Source of the DNA: Eledone cirrhosa | Taxonomy: Eukaryota | Direction of reading: 5' to 3' | DNA length: 60,984 bases | Assembly: GCA_964016885.1 (NCBI GenBank) | Contig: CAXHJY010001626.1 | Location: 1-60,984, forward strand | In this document: positions 29,901 through 41,019 of the stretch, one piece after another | Position numbering within the stretch: the stretch's first letter is position 1 | Layout of the letters: every line of letters starts with the position of its first letter | Notes under the pieces: generated by a model | Seen by the model: the letters and a program-made list of their open reading frames with translations, nothing else | Told to the model about the DNA's origin: nothing | Database searches by the model: none | Position numbers and translations under genes: made by a program

Positions 29901-32817
29901 TTTTATGCTTGCATAAGAGTTTATTTTGGTTTCATGGGTGTTGAGCAACTAAGAATACAAAAGTCGATGACAGTTTGTCACAGAACTACCCACTGGTACT
30001 CATCTTTCATTGAGTAAACTGAAATGAAGAGTCCTGCTCAAGGACGCAATGCATCACCATGGAACCAAACCTATGACGTTTATCATGAGCCAAACACCCT
30101 AATCATAAGGCCACAAATTTTCACACAGATAAATTTTCCATAAATTACTGGATTCATAAAGCCCAAAATCATTGTTGTGGGCTGGGCTAGGTTGGCTGCC
30201 CATCGAATCAATGATGATGCTACCCCTCTCCATCAGATATACTGACCATGTCTCTGATGAGTATATAGATATGATCTAAGTCCAATATGTGATAGACAGA
30301 TACAAGAACAAGCTGGAGATGAATGAATGACCACATTGTTCCTGTTGGATGATTAAATTTGGCAATGATGACTGGTTGCACTTCAATCATCCCATTGCTT
30401 TGTATGTTCAGCTCCAAAATGCCACACACTATCAGAGGCAAATCCTTGATATGATATATAAGGCCTCTGCAAAGTTGTAAGAGACACTTTAGAATATAGA
30501 AAATATAAATTATGGACAGCTTTCTGACAAAAGAGCTACCAGGTAAAGAAGATTCAATGGGAAACTGTCTCAATATAAATGCTGATACACTTGTTAACTT
30601 TACCTGTCTTTTAGTGAACAGGTAATAAATGAAAAATAGATCATGATAATGATAGTATAAAAGGAATAGCAAAAGTCAGAAAGGGAAATCTTAAAAGAAA
30701 TATTAATTCAAGGAAAAGATCAGTGACCTCAAGCCTGTTTTCACAATACTACCTTAAATATTTCATAACACAAACCCCAAATATTACTGGGAGAGTTATA
30801 AAAAATCATTAAATTTGATATCTCATGAAAGAACCCTTAAACTTGATATCACACGATACAAACTTCGAATATAAAAAACAAACATTTGAACTTGCTACTT
30901 CATAATATGAATCCATTACTGAGGGACTTATAAAGAACCTTTAAAGTGGATAATTTTTTATTTTACTTCATAAAAAAATAACTAAACCATTCCATAAAAG
31001 ATCTACATATTAAAGTAGAAAAACTACCAACCCTAACAAACTCTGTAGGAACTTTCTTTTTTTTTTTCACGAACCCCAAAATATTTTAGTGGAGTTTTGG
31101 GGTTCGTAGGAACAGACGTTGGATTCTACAGGAATAGTTCAAAGAAGTATTTTGCTACAGATTCAACACTTTTTAATTAAAAAACTACTTATTAATATTT
31201 TTTTTACAAAGGACAAAATATTTAAGTTTAGAATATATGACTGAAATTGGCATAATACGACGAAGTTTTCTACTCGGTGGGAGACCACGTTTTCGGACAG
31301 CACAAGGAGGAACATCATGGGAAAATAGAACATTGTTGTTAACTGTGATTATATATTTTGTATTTATGTATATTTCTGAATTCTAGGGGTGGCCTGTCCA
31401 GAAACTCTCTGAACCCAAACAACAACAAACAAAAAAGCCTTGTGGGTCCCATAACACACTTCATTCACATCATCAGGTCCTTTTTTGAGACAATGATTTA
31501 CAGTCAGATTCATAGGGGATAACTCTGGACCCAAAATATTCTGAATAAATTGTCTATTAAGCATGGGGCAGAGAGAAATTCAGTTCACCTTTTAGCCACA
31601 TACGTTCAATAAAATAAACCTTTTTTTTTTTTTCAGTCAAAGTTGGAAAGGCAATGCTCATGACTCTTATCAGAATTTCCAAGACGAGTGGGAAGGACGA
31701 AGAAAGTTACCTCAAACCATAGACCTCGTCCAAATGCTTACAATGAACAGTTAAGTCTACAACGGCGAAAATATGTGTGTGTGTGTGAAATGTTTACGTA
31801 TACATTTTAAATTAAAACAATGTTTGAACGACAGATTTAGCTAACAGTGATAAACATCTACCAAATAATTGTTAATTTAGCCGAAATTTGTTATAAGTGC
31901 AACTAAAAGCTGCCGTTATATAGATATAAAAGATTACACTGACATCACATATAACACAAGTGAGACGTGGCGAAATTCTGTGATAGCGAAGGTTGTTAGT
32001 GGTCGATGACACAGTTCTGCTATACACACACACATAAACACAGGATTATCTCCGATAATGTACACGAAATCCGGGAGACGTTTGGGGTAAACATATCACC
32101 TTAAACAAACATTAACGGAAAGTGGAATATAAGAAAGAATGTATATACGAGAGAGAGAGTTTTAAGACACACTCACACACCAACCCAATTTGCCTTGGTA
32201 TAGTAATTGCTACTGATATTATTAGGACGAGCACGTGATAAAACAATAGCTTTGACGAGAGAGAGAAAACAGTGATGTGATGTGACTGATATAGGTGAAA
32301 TGTTAAAGAAAGGCACCAAGCAACAGTCTCAACTGTAATGCTGTTCATAGTTATGTAGAGGGGTCTATACATAAAAAGAAATAAAGAGGAGATAGATATA
32401 ATAGACAGAAACTGTTTCACTGACGGCAGGGTCGTAATATCCATGGGACGAGCATTACGGAATGGAGGATCCTCCGTCAATTTCGATGCTGAGCATTCAG
32501 TTCTTTGATAAACTGAAAGTCTATCTCTTGAATAAGTGATAGAATATTCAACAGGCATGTGTACCCTGAACGTAAATCACAGAATTATTGGCAGTTAATC
32601 CGAGGGGCTTCTAAACAGTTTCCGTCTATCCAGTTCCATTCACAAAGCTTGGGCCGATCCGAGGCTATGGTAAATGACACTTGCGCAAAGTTGCTACACA
32701 GTGGGATCGAACTCGGTGATCTTATGATTGCGAAGCGAATGTCTTAATCATGGCGCATACACGGAATAAGGAAATAAAAAACAATAAATTTACTGACCCT
32801 CACCTGTATAACGTCAT
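22080..32817 (-). CDS. Candidate spliced small ORF (exons 32804-32817, optional 31742-31756, 27573-27601, 22080-22165)
   Basis: GT/AG sites with pyrimidine tracts and matching phases give MTLY(RLNC)S(F)ETDHITTTMVKAGEEQYNRILQDLRDSSRGNGGKKPY*; no homolog recognised. Confidence 0.3.
22391..22940. repeat. 44-bp tandem repeat interrupted by a SINE
   Basis: Unit tattagcctcatctttactatgtatatatataatatatctacac; starts at 22391, then 22681, 22725, 22769 and onward. Confidence 0.9.
22436..22653 (+). mobile_element. CORE-like tRNA-derived SINE (family B), full length
   Basis: A box gtggctgagtgg, B box gttcgattcc, CORE-like atgtccttgagcaagacactt; flanked by tatatataatatat duplication. Confidence 0.88.
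23304..23402 (+). ncRNA. Type-I hammerhead ribozyme with ~60-nt stem II
   Basis: auugCCAGU-CUGAAGA-GCAGAU...AUCUGU-GAAA-caugcg-UA/ACAGGucaau; tail ends in (AT)n at 23457. Confidence 0.75.
23548..23683 (-). ncRNA. Degenerate hammerhead (G5A) with ~105-nt stem II inside a fold-back
   Basis: Minus strand UCAUUU-CUAAAGA-[long imperfect hairpin]-GAAA-cgaucg-UA/AAAUGA; outer inverted arms ~23489-23548 / 23680-23739. Confidence 0.65.
24048..25340 (-). mobile_element. 5'-truncated RTE LINE copy with open 269-aa C-terminal frame
   Basis: WPCSVCGKGVGRNSILCPKCKVWVHKRC, FRYLG, RRLRWYGHV, RPRKTW; 3' UTR and (GAT)n tail. Confidence 0.95.
26825..26975 (-). mobile_element. SINE family A, diverged
   Basis: gaaggatgaacagcaaagttaacc...tttgaactc...tgccaatc. 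Confidence 0.6.
27686..27892. repeat. Degenerate ~45-50 bp tandem repeat, about 4 units
   Basis: Recurrent aagtgctgggtcagctctcactagctccag...gacacacctac. Confidence 0.75.
28345..28592. mobile_element. hAT-like MITE remnant
   Basis: ccagtatttactaaaatgggttccac ... gggttccac ... aagtttgatttacact. Confidence 0.4.
28823..29067 (+). mobile_element. piggyBac-like MITE
   Basis: tttaacctttttgataccaa ... gaaggtttaa; same family as the 18391 insertion. Confidence 0.55.
30735..31125 (+). mobile_element. Second copy of the hAT-like element with ~58-bp internal units
   Basis: aaaccccaaatattactg, aagaacccttaaacttgatat and ttcacgaaccc are shared with 17.9-18.9 kb. Confidence 0.6.
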
Positions 32818-33682
32818 CCTTATATTATAAAGTTACACACACCACTGACAAAGATGTAAAATATCGGACAGGCTTTTATGACAAATCTGTGAAAACAACA
32901 CCAACAACAACAGTGTTTTGAAGGTGTGAATGAACGAAGCTCTAGAGGAAGTTTATATTACACACACACACATCATTGAGAAATTAAATAGACGTAGTAA
33001 GTACGTCACACATCATCCACACAACCATATGCTTAACGTTATGTGTGTTTACAGATATGCACACATCCACACTTTCATCTGGTCACACAATATGCACACA
33101 ACCTAGCTTCACTCACTGTCAGCAAGTCACGTAATCTCCGCCACCCCTCCACACATACAGACCCCCGTAATGAATAGCGAGCTATTTACCCACACATATA
33201 CAAGGCTACACACACATGCACAATGACATAAATGCCCACATACATTGTCACAGACACACAGACACACGTCTACTTAGTTAGACACACTGCTGAACCACAT
33301 ACAAGAGTCAGTGTTGTTTGCACATATATACATACACACACATACATATACAAAAAGTCTGTTGTATAACATCACACATATAAAGATCAATATGGTATAA
33401 CAGTGATATACATACATAGAACAGTTAATCGCATGCATATATACACACATATACAAGGGTCAATGTAGTATAACATTAGACACGAATACATACACACAAA
33501 CGGATGTATAGACGTGAATAGTTTCAGTTTTTTAAGAGAAAGCAATGCGAAAAAAATCAATCAGATCGATAGAGACTCAATAGGTCTCACACAGACTGAC
33601 AGACGTATAAACTGGCGAACCTTTACACATGTAAACATGTGTAAACATACACAATTATGCGCAAAAACAAATACGTAATAGA

Positions 33683-33877
33683 TTATATATATATATATAT
33701 AGAGAGAGAGAGATATAGATTACATACATAGAGGTATATATATATGTGTGTGTATATGCATATATATATTATGCATATACACACACATGTGTATATATAT
33801 ATATATACACTTATATGCGTGTGTGAGTAAATAAATATATATATATGCATATACACACTTATATAAGTGTGTATATG

Positions 33878-33922
<45 letters not shown>

Positions 33923-33978
33923 GCATATAACTATATATGTGTATATGCACGCATATAACTATATATGTGTACATGCAC

Positions 33979-34032
<54 letters not shown>

Positions 34033-34114
34033 ACATGCACGTATATATATATATATATATACACACTCACATATGCGTGTGTGTATGCATATTATATATA
34101 TATATATATATATA
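33683..34114. repeat. Mixed (AT)n/(CA)n/(TG)n microsatellite
   Basis: Direct reading. Confidence 0.95.
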
Positions 34115-34726
34115 GTTACGGTTCCAAAGTCGGGGACGTGGGATATACATATAAAAACAAACAATGATAGTTTGATGTAAGGAAGGAAGGATTGTAAGGA
34201 GTCGTGTCCGAATATTTCCGTGTAGCAGCAGTAGTGATAATGGTTAAGAAATGAGAAGAAGAAATTGGTGGTGGGAATAGCAGATAGGTTGAGAAACGAT
34301 GGAGGGAGGGGGGAGACAGGAAAGAGATCATTAGTCAACCGAACTAACAGAGAGAGAGCAGCCAGAGAAAATGGGTGAGAGATATGGAGGGGAGAGAACG
34401 AGGGTGAGAGTGAGCGAGAAAGATAGGGAGAAAGCGAGATAGATGGGTGAGAGAAATAACAGGGAGAGAAAGAGAGACAGACAGACAGAGAGCAATATAA
34501 TACAAACAAGAGACGGAGTAGAGGAAAGCGGTGATATAAACAGAGGAAAAAGGAAGAAAATGTATATCAGAACTGTATGTAGAGTCGTTTTGTCCGTCTG
34601 GGGAGAACGTTCAAAAATTTAAATTTTGAATTTTATAATTCATGGACCACATATGTTATAAGATTCTTTCATTCATAACAGAAATAAACGTTCTGTCAAC
34701 GGTGTGTGTATGTGTGTATATATATA

Positions 34727-34898
34727 GTGTTTCTACTTTTGGCACAAGGCCAGCAATTACCCCAGTGCATTACTGGTGTTTTATTTTATCGACCCCGTAA
34801 GGATGAAAGGCAAAGTTAACCTCGGCGGGATTTGAACTCAGAACGTAAAGAGCCATAACTCTGCTATGCCTCAAAGCATGGTGTCTGACGCTCTACCG

Positions 34899-34900
<2 letters not shown>
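34727..34900 (-). mobile_element. SINE family A
   Basis: tgtttctacttttggcacaagg ... aggatgaaaggcaaag ... tttgaactc. Confidence 0.9.
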
Positions 34901-34954
<54 letters not shown>

Positions 34955-36863
34955 AAGTTTGGAGCAGAAACCGAATATTTCTTATTCTGTCTATAAAACA
35001 GTGGATTGTGTACAGAAGAAATTGAAGATAAAAGGCAATAGAATACAAACAAGAGAGGAAGTAGAGGGACATCTGAACGAAAGAAAAGTATAAGCCGAGA
35101 TGTGTACAAAATAACAGATAGAAGGCAAGAATTACAAACAAGACAGAAATAGAGAAATAAATAAGATAGCAGAGAGAGGGGGGGGGAGCTAGGCTAATAA
35201 TGAGCAGGAAAGAGGAAGTGAAGGAATAAAAATAGAAGTGCTGAAAGAATCTAACTGGTCACGGTTAAGACGAGGGGACAAAATGGAACATAACAGTTTA
35301 TTCCGTTTGTTTGTGAAGAGAGAGCAGAGGTGGGCGATGAATAGTCGAAAACAGATAAAGTATATAGAATCCTGTTTATTATGCACACACACACACTCGC
35401 ACACATATATATATATATATACACACAACTGGAAAAAAGTACCCAGCAAATTTAGCTAAAATACTCTGCTGTTATTAATTGTGCATTTGAAATTTTAGTA
35501 CACATAATTTATCAAAACTTACAACTGTTGTTCTTCACTAACGTTTATTAGACTGGTACTTTATTTAAACCCTCTGTAATCGATAAAATAAAGTACCGGT
35601 CGAGCACAGAGATCGATATAATCAAGCTTCGCCTCTCACAAAGTTGCTGGCCCTGTACCTAAATTAGAAACCATTATCGTTGCAGCTATTGTTGTTATTT
35701 ATTATTGCTGTTATATTTACTGTTTCCTTTTGTTGATTTCCCCTTACCTGTACTTGATGTAAATCTCACTGTGTTTGTTGTTTTTCGTCCTTGTATTGTG
35801 GCCACAACGCCGTGCGCCCTTGTGGCTAATTAAAAGAGATCATTATTATAGCAGTTAATTGAGAGAACTAAGACACTGATAAGAACACCGGATTTAAAAC
35901 CTTTCAGTTTTGTTTGTTTTATATATTTCTTAATTCTTTCTACATATTTCTGTTCAAAATACAAGTGTCTGTAAATGTGTGTACCAGTCATATACGAGGA
36001 ACGATTCAGCTGACTGTGGCGATTGTTGTTGTTAATGTTATATCTATTGTTTTATTTTGCTTTTTATTCCCCCTTTCGATTATTTATTCCATGTAAACCT
36101 CAGCTTTGTGTTTTTCGTCCTTGCGCCATTTCCGACGTCAATAAAATATAGTACCAGTCAAGTACTGGGTCTATATAATCGACATTTTCACCTCTCACAT
36201 TGTTGGCCTTGTGTCTAAATTAGAAACCATTATTATTAACACTAACCATTATCATCCGAGGAGTGCGAAAATGAAAAGAGAGAGAGAGAGATAGAGAGAG
36301 AGGATGAGATGAAGACACGAGAAAGTACGCTCTCTTCTTTACAATCTCCCTCCCCTCATTCATGACACCCGGTACATAAGACAACAGAAGAGGGATGAGA
36401 TGAGGTGAGAGAATATTAGCGAAGGTGTAAGTTAATAGTGAGTAGTAATAGGCAAATAACTTCTGGCGAGAAAGATATATATATATGAGGGAGTGTAGAT
36501 TAAAAATAAGTTTGTAAATAAAAACAGACAGAGTACTTACCCCTAAAGGATGATGACAAGGACAACCAACGTTGGTTTAGTACTAAATATTCCTCTAATT
36601 GTTGGTGTCAGTAGTGTGGTTGCTTGCTGCAACCGCTGCTAAAAACCAGGATAGCGTTTAGCGCTTACAAAAACGGGGGACGAAATCCAAAAACGGATCG
36701 AAGCAGTGTTCGCAATGTGCAAGAAAGCATAACTTGTGTGTGTGTACGTATATATGTATATATATATATAGTGAGTGTGTGTATGTATGTGTGTACAAGT
36801 CTACTGCTGGCTCATCGGTAAGCGAAGTACCTGTTCTTTTGCTACAGTGGGTTTGTTGACTGG

Positions 36864-36930
<67 letters not shown>

Positions 36931-37789
36931 CACACGCATTAATACTCCACTACAGACGGACAGCAGAAAAGACATAGGCTAGCTAGTAAGGTGCGCGGTG
37001 TCTGTAAAAAGCAGCGGTTTTACTATTGACAGCTCCGACACAGCATGGAAAAACAACAATAATAATAACAATAGTATTAACAACAATGAGATTGTGGTTC
37101 AGCGATGCGGTGGGTTGACATTGGGTAAACTGTAACCCATTTCCTCGTCAGAAGGTGAGGTGCATCGAGCCATGACAGCAGTACGTGTATATACCCGCCA
37201 TCATCGTCATCGTCAGTGGTGAGTGACAATCGCCAGTCAAGCAACACTGCTGTAGCGGACAAGGTCAACAGTGTGTTTCCAACGAATGCACATGTATGGA
37301 CACACACGCGTGCTATCTTAGAGAGGGTGGAAGAAAAATTCTTTAACGGGTTTCCAGTTTCACGTCAGTCCTCTTCTTCACTGCTAAAAACATAGTCACC
37401 TGGGGTCACGGATGATGGAAAACTGGTCAAGTTCTTACAGGAACTGACACTGTATGACTAAGTGTCTTAAGTAAGAGAGAAAGTGTGGAATGACCGTGCG
37501 AAGCAAGGACCGACCGAGCTTAGAGATCCGACCAAACCGTATTAATGGCTGCAGCGAGATAGCGCAATCCTATGTGCAGTTTGTTCTGCTGTATGTATTA
37601 TCTGTGTCAACGCCATATGTATGCATCAGTGAAGGGAGGAGGAGGCCACGAACTGCTGCTAGAAGAGAAAGAAGTCTTGTACCAGCTGGATAAACAAGCC
37701 AGCCATTCTCTGCGTCATGCTTCAGCACTTACTGGCTAAGGGAGTGCCACCAGCTGATATACACGGATAATATACTTACATACTAAACC

Positions 37790-38155
37790 TATTTCGCCTA
37801 GCCAACCAGTCAGACAGATACGCACGCACATACACACATATATAACATTTTAGTCAAAACACAACATACATACATATACACACACATATACTGTGAGGCA
37901 ACCAATCCGACACACACACACACATATGCTTTAAACTAAGCAAGCAGTCAGATACGCGTGTACACACACACACAAATTAGCGAAGCAACCAGTCGTACAC
38001 ACATACACATAGACAAATACACGTTTTAATCAAACAAGCAGTCAGTAACAAGACACACAGATACTCATATATATATATACACACATACACACACATCATT
38101 TAGCCAAGCAACCAGTCAGCCACACACAAAACGTATTTAGCCAAGCAGTCAGTCT
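37790..38155. repeat. Degenerate array of the motif (tag)ccaagcaaccagtcag separated by CA-rich linkers
   Basis: Motif variants near 37799, 37897, 37938, 37984, 38032, 38101, 38138. Confidence 0.65.
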
Positions 38156-38799
38156 TTCTCCCTCCCTACCTCTCTCTCTCTTCTCCCACCACACAGATTA
38201 CGTCGCGTACAAGACAATGAGTGGAAGGGGGAGGAGGGGGAGAAAGTGAGAGGTGGAGAGGGTGCTTTACTAACCAAATATTGGAAGACAAAACATTCTC
38301 TTCTCTCTTCTCTTTTCTAACTGAGGAAATATCCAAACTAACAACAGCGACAAACAGCAACATTCCTTCAAAAACAAAAGCAAAAATCCCAAAGTAAAAA
38401 AAATCTGCCCTTTACTACTACTACTACTACTACTACTATCACCGCTGTGCTTTAACAGACATGATTCCACGGATATGAAGAGACGTGGTCGCATCAATTG
38501 TTTTGTGTGTGTGTGTGTATGTAAGTTTCACAGCATTATTTTGTTTCTTTGTTCGTAACGGAACTCGTGTAGAACAAAATTCGCGAGCTGGTTTCAAACC
38601 CCGCTTAGAACTATTCCCCCCCCCCCCTATCATTGCTAATGGGAGGGAGAGAGAGGTGAGAGAGAGAGATGAGCTTTCCCTATTATTCTTTCAATCGTAA
38701 ATAATGAGACATTGTGGTTATGTAAGAGAGGTTTTTTTTACAATAAGAACGTAATTGACGAGGGTTCGAATTTAGATGGAACTATTTACATGTTACTTA

Positions 38800-39141
38800 C
38801 GTGGCTGTGTGATTAACAAGTTCACTTCACAACCACGTGGGCTCGGGTTTATTACCGCTGCGTGGCACCTTGGGCAAGTGTCTTTTACTCTAGCCTCAGG
38901 TTGACCAATAAATGCCTTGCGAGTGAAATTTAGCAGACGGAAATTGAATTTCGTCGTCTGCGTGTGTGTTTACATTTGTATCTGTTTATGTCCCGTGACC
39001 TAGAGGTTCGACAGAATGTGGCTGATAATATAAGTACAGTACTGGGGTCGCCATGACCGACTAAATCAAGACGGTGCCCCAGTATGGCCACACTCTGATG
39101 ACTAGAAACAGTAAAAAGGGAAAAAAAAAAAAAAAAAAAAG
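38800..39141 (+). mobile_element. CORE-like SINE with a different 3' region and poly(A)
   Basis: gtggctgtgtg...gcgtggcaccttgggcaagtgtctt ... A-tract 39121-39140. Confidence 0.75.
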
Positions 39142-39518
39142 CATGTTACAAATATTAAGTCTCTCTAAAAAAAAAGCTTTTTCTATTGCTATCGAAGCGG
39201 TATAAGCTTAACCGTCGGGTAAAGAAACCCTGTAATATTATCTACATTTTACTTTCCTTAAGTATAGAATACTAAGTTGAATAGTGGTCTGACTGGTCTT
39301 AACTAGTAGTATCTCATTTCTCTCTCTCCCTCCCCCACACACGCAAGCACGCCCACCACCTTCGTGTCCTAATGTCACCTCAGAAGACACCGTCTTCACC
39401 CACCCTCACGCTACTTCCTCTTCTCCATTTTTCTAAATAATACCTACAATTCTTTCTTTTCTCTTTTACTTCTACTCACTTCCTTTAAACCTTCCTCTCG
39501 TTCCCAATTCTATACTCC

Positions 39519-39556
39519 CCTTTCTGATGAAAGACTAGCGTCCGAAATGTAAAAGG
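39519..39556 (+). ncRNA. Minimal type-I hammerhead ribozyme
   Basis: CCUUU-CUGAUGA-aaGACuagcGUCc-GAAA-ug-UA/AAAGG; stem III consistent with an ACGU palindrome after CpG decay. Confidence 0.8.
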
Positions 39557-40249
39557 CATTCATTTATTTCATGTAAAATTACTTCTGTAAAATTCCAGAA
39601 TTTCTCTCTCTCCCTCTTATACACACATGTCTGTGTGTATAAGTGTATACATAGAAACATTGGTTTCACATGTTTCTTTTTTTCATCTATTTAAGCTCGC
39701 TACGGTTTGGTATCAGGTGCTTGGCTATTCCAGAGCCCTAGTCTCGCTCTCATCTGCGATAACACCATATCTTGGCTTGCCTCCAAAAATGTTAGAGGAC
39801 AACACCTGTGTTCCCTATTGCAGCGTGTAATTGGATGTATATGTCTCTTTGTTTTTTCTCTCCTTTCTGACTTTTTTTTTTTGTATCTTTTGTAAACGTT
39901 ATATAATTATATATAGGAAATAATTTTGTAGAACAATCAGAAATATATATATATATATATATGTAAAATAAACTGTATGTAATATTGTCTCATAACATGC
40001 TAGAATCGGTACAATTATATATCAACGAGGCGATGTGCTTTTTTTTCTCTCTCCTTTTTTATGTGTTGTGAACACCAAGATACCCCGATAAGCTAACTGG
40101 AAACCCTATCTTCAAACCAGTCGGTATTGACACTAAGCTGGAATTACCAACATGTTCTTGAGAAAAGCATCAATGACATACCCATTTACTACCACAAATA
40201 CAGAAAAGGCTGTCTAATCATTCTAACATAGATCGTAAGTGAAGTCAGT

Positions 40250-40729
40250 CAGTTGGCAAAGTGGTGAGAGTGTCCGATTAAAACGTTTCCTGGTGTTTTT
40301 GTTCTGGTTCTCTGCGATCTAAATTCAAATCCTGCCGTAACTTTGCCTCTCATCCTTCTGGGGTCGATGAAAATAAAATATATTGGAGTTCATATAATCT
40401 ACTTCCCTCCCAACCCCAAATTTGCTGACCTTGTGTCTAGAAACCAATATAATATAGATTGTCGTTCTTGAGAAATACAAATCATCATCGGTATTATTAT
40501 TAATTACAATTTGAAGGCGATAGATTGGCAGTATCGGTAGAGCGTCGAACAAAATGTACTGCGGTATTTAGTTACGACTTTCTACGTTCTGAGTTCAAAT
40601 CACCCCGAGGTCAACTTTGCCTTTCATCCTTCCGAGATCGATAAAATAAAGTAGCAGTTAAGTACGAGAGTCGATATAACTGATTCTCTCCTTCCCCCCA
40701 ATTGCTGGCCAATGTTAGAGAGAATTATT
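40250..40729 (+). mobile_element. Two SINE family A copies
   Basis: Cores ctttgcctctcatccttctggggtcgat near 40341 and ctttgcctttcatccttccgagatcgat near 40615. Confidence 0.8.
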
Positions 40730-41019
40730 GTAGTTTAGAGGAGAATGACATGAACATCCTAGTCTCCTATCTTGCACCCCCAGGACACCATGTGTAACAA
40801 AGTAATTAGTGTAATCGATTGATTGATTGATTGGTGATGACATGACGGCGACTAAACGAAAATTATCAGAAAATTACCGAACTTTTAGCTTTGACACTAA
40901 AAATAAGGACGAGACTGCTGCTACGGTTATACTTCATTAGTTTATAATGAGAGGGGGGTGTAAATAGTGAGGGAGTGAGGTGTAAAGAGAGAATGAGAGA
41001 CTGATAGTGATATACTGAG

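Noticed and set aside
30180-30672. 150-aa minus ORF and coding-like plus fragments
   Set aside because: No motif recognised and the plus frames are broken by stops; possibly an old transposon remnant
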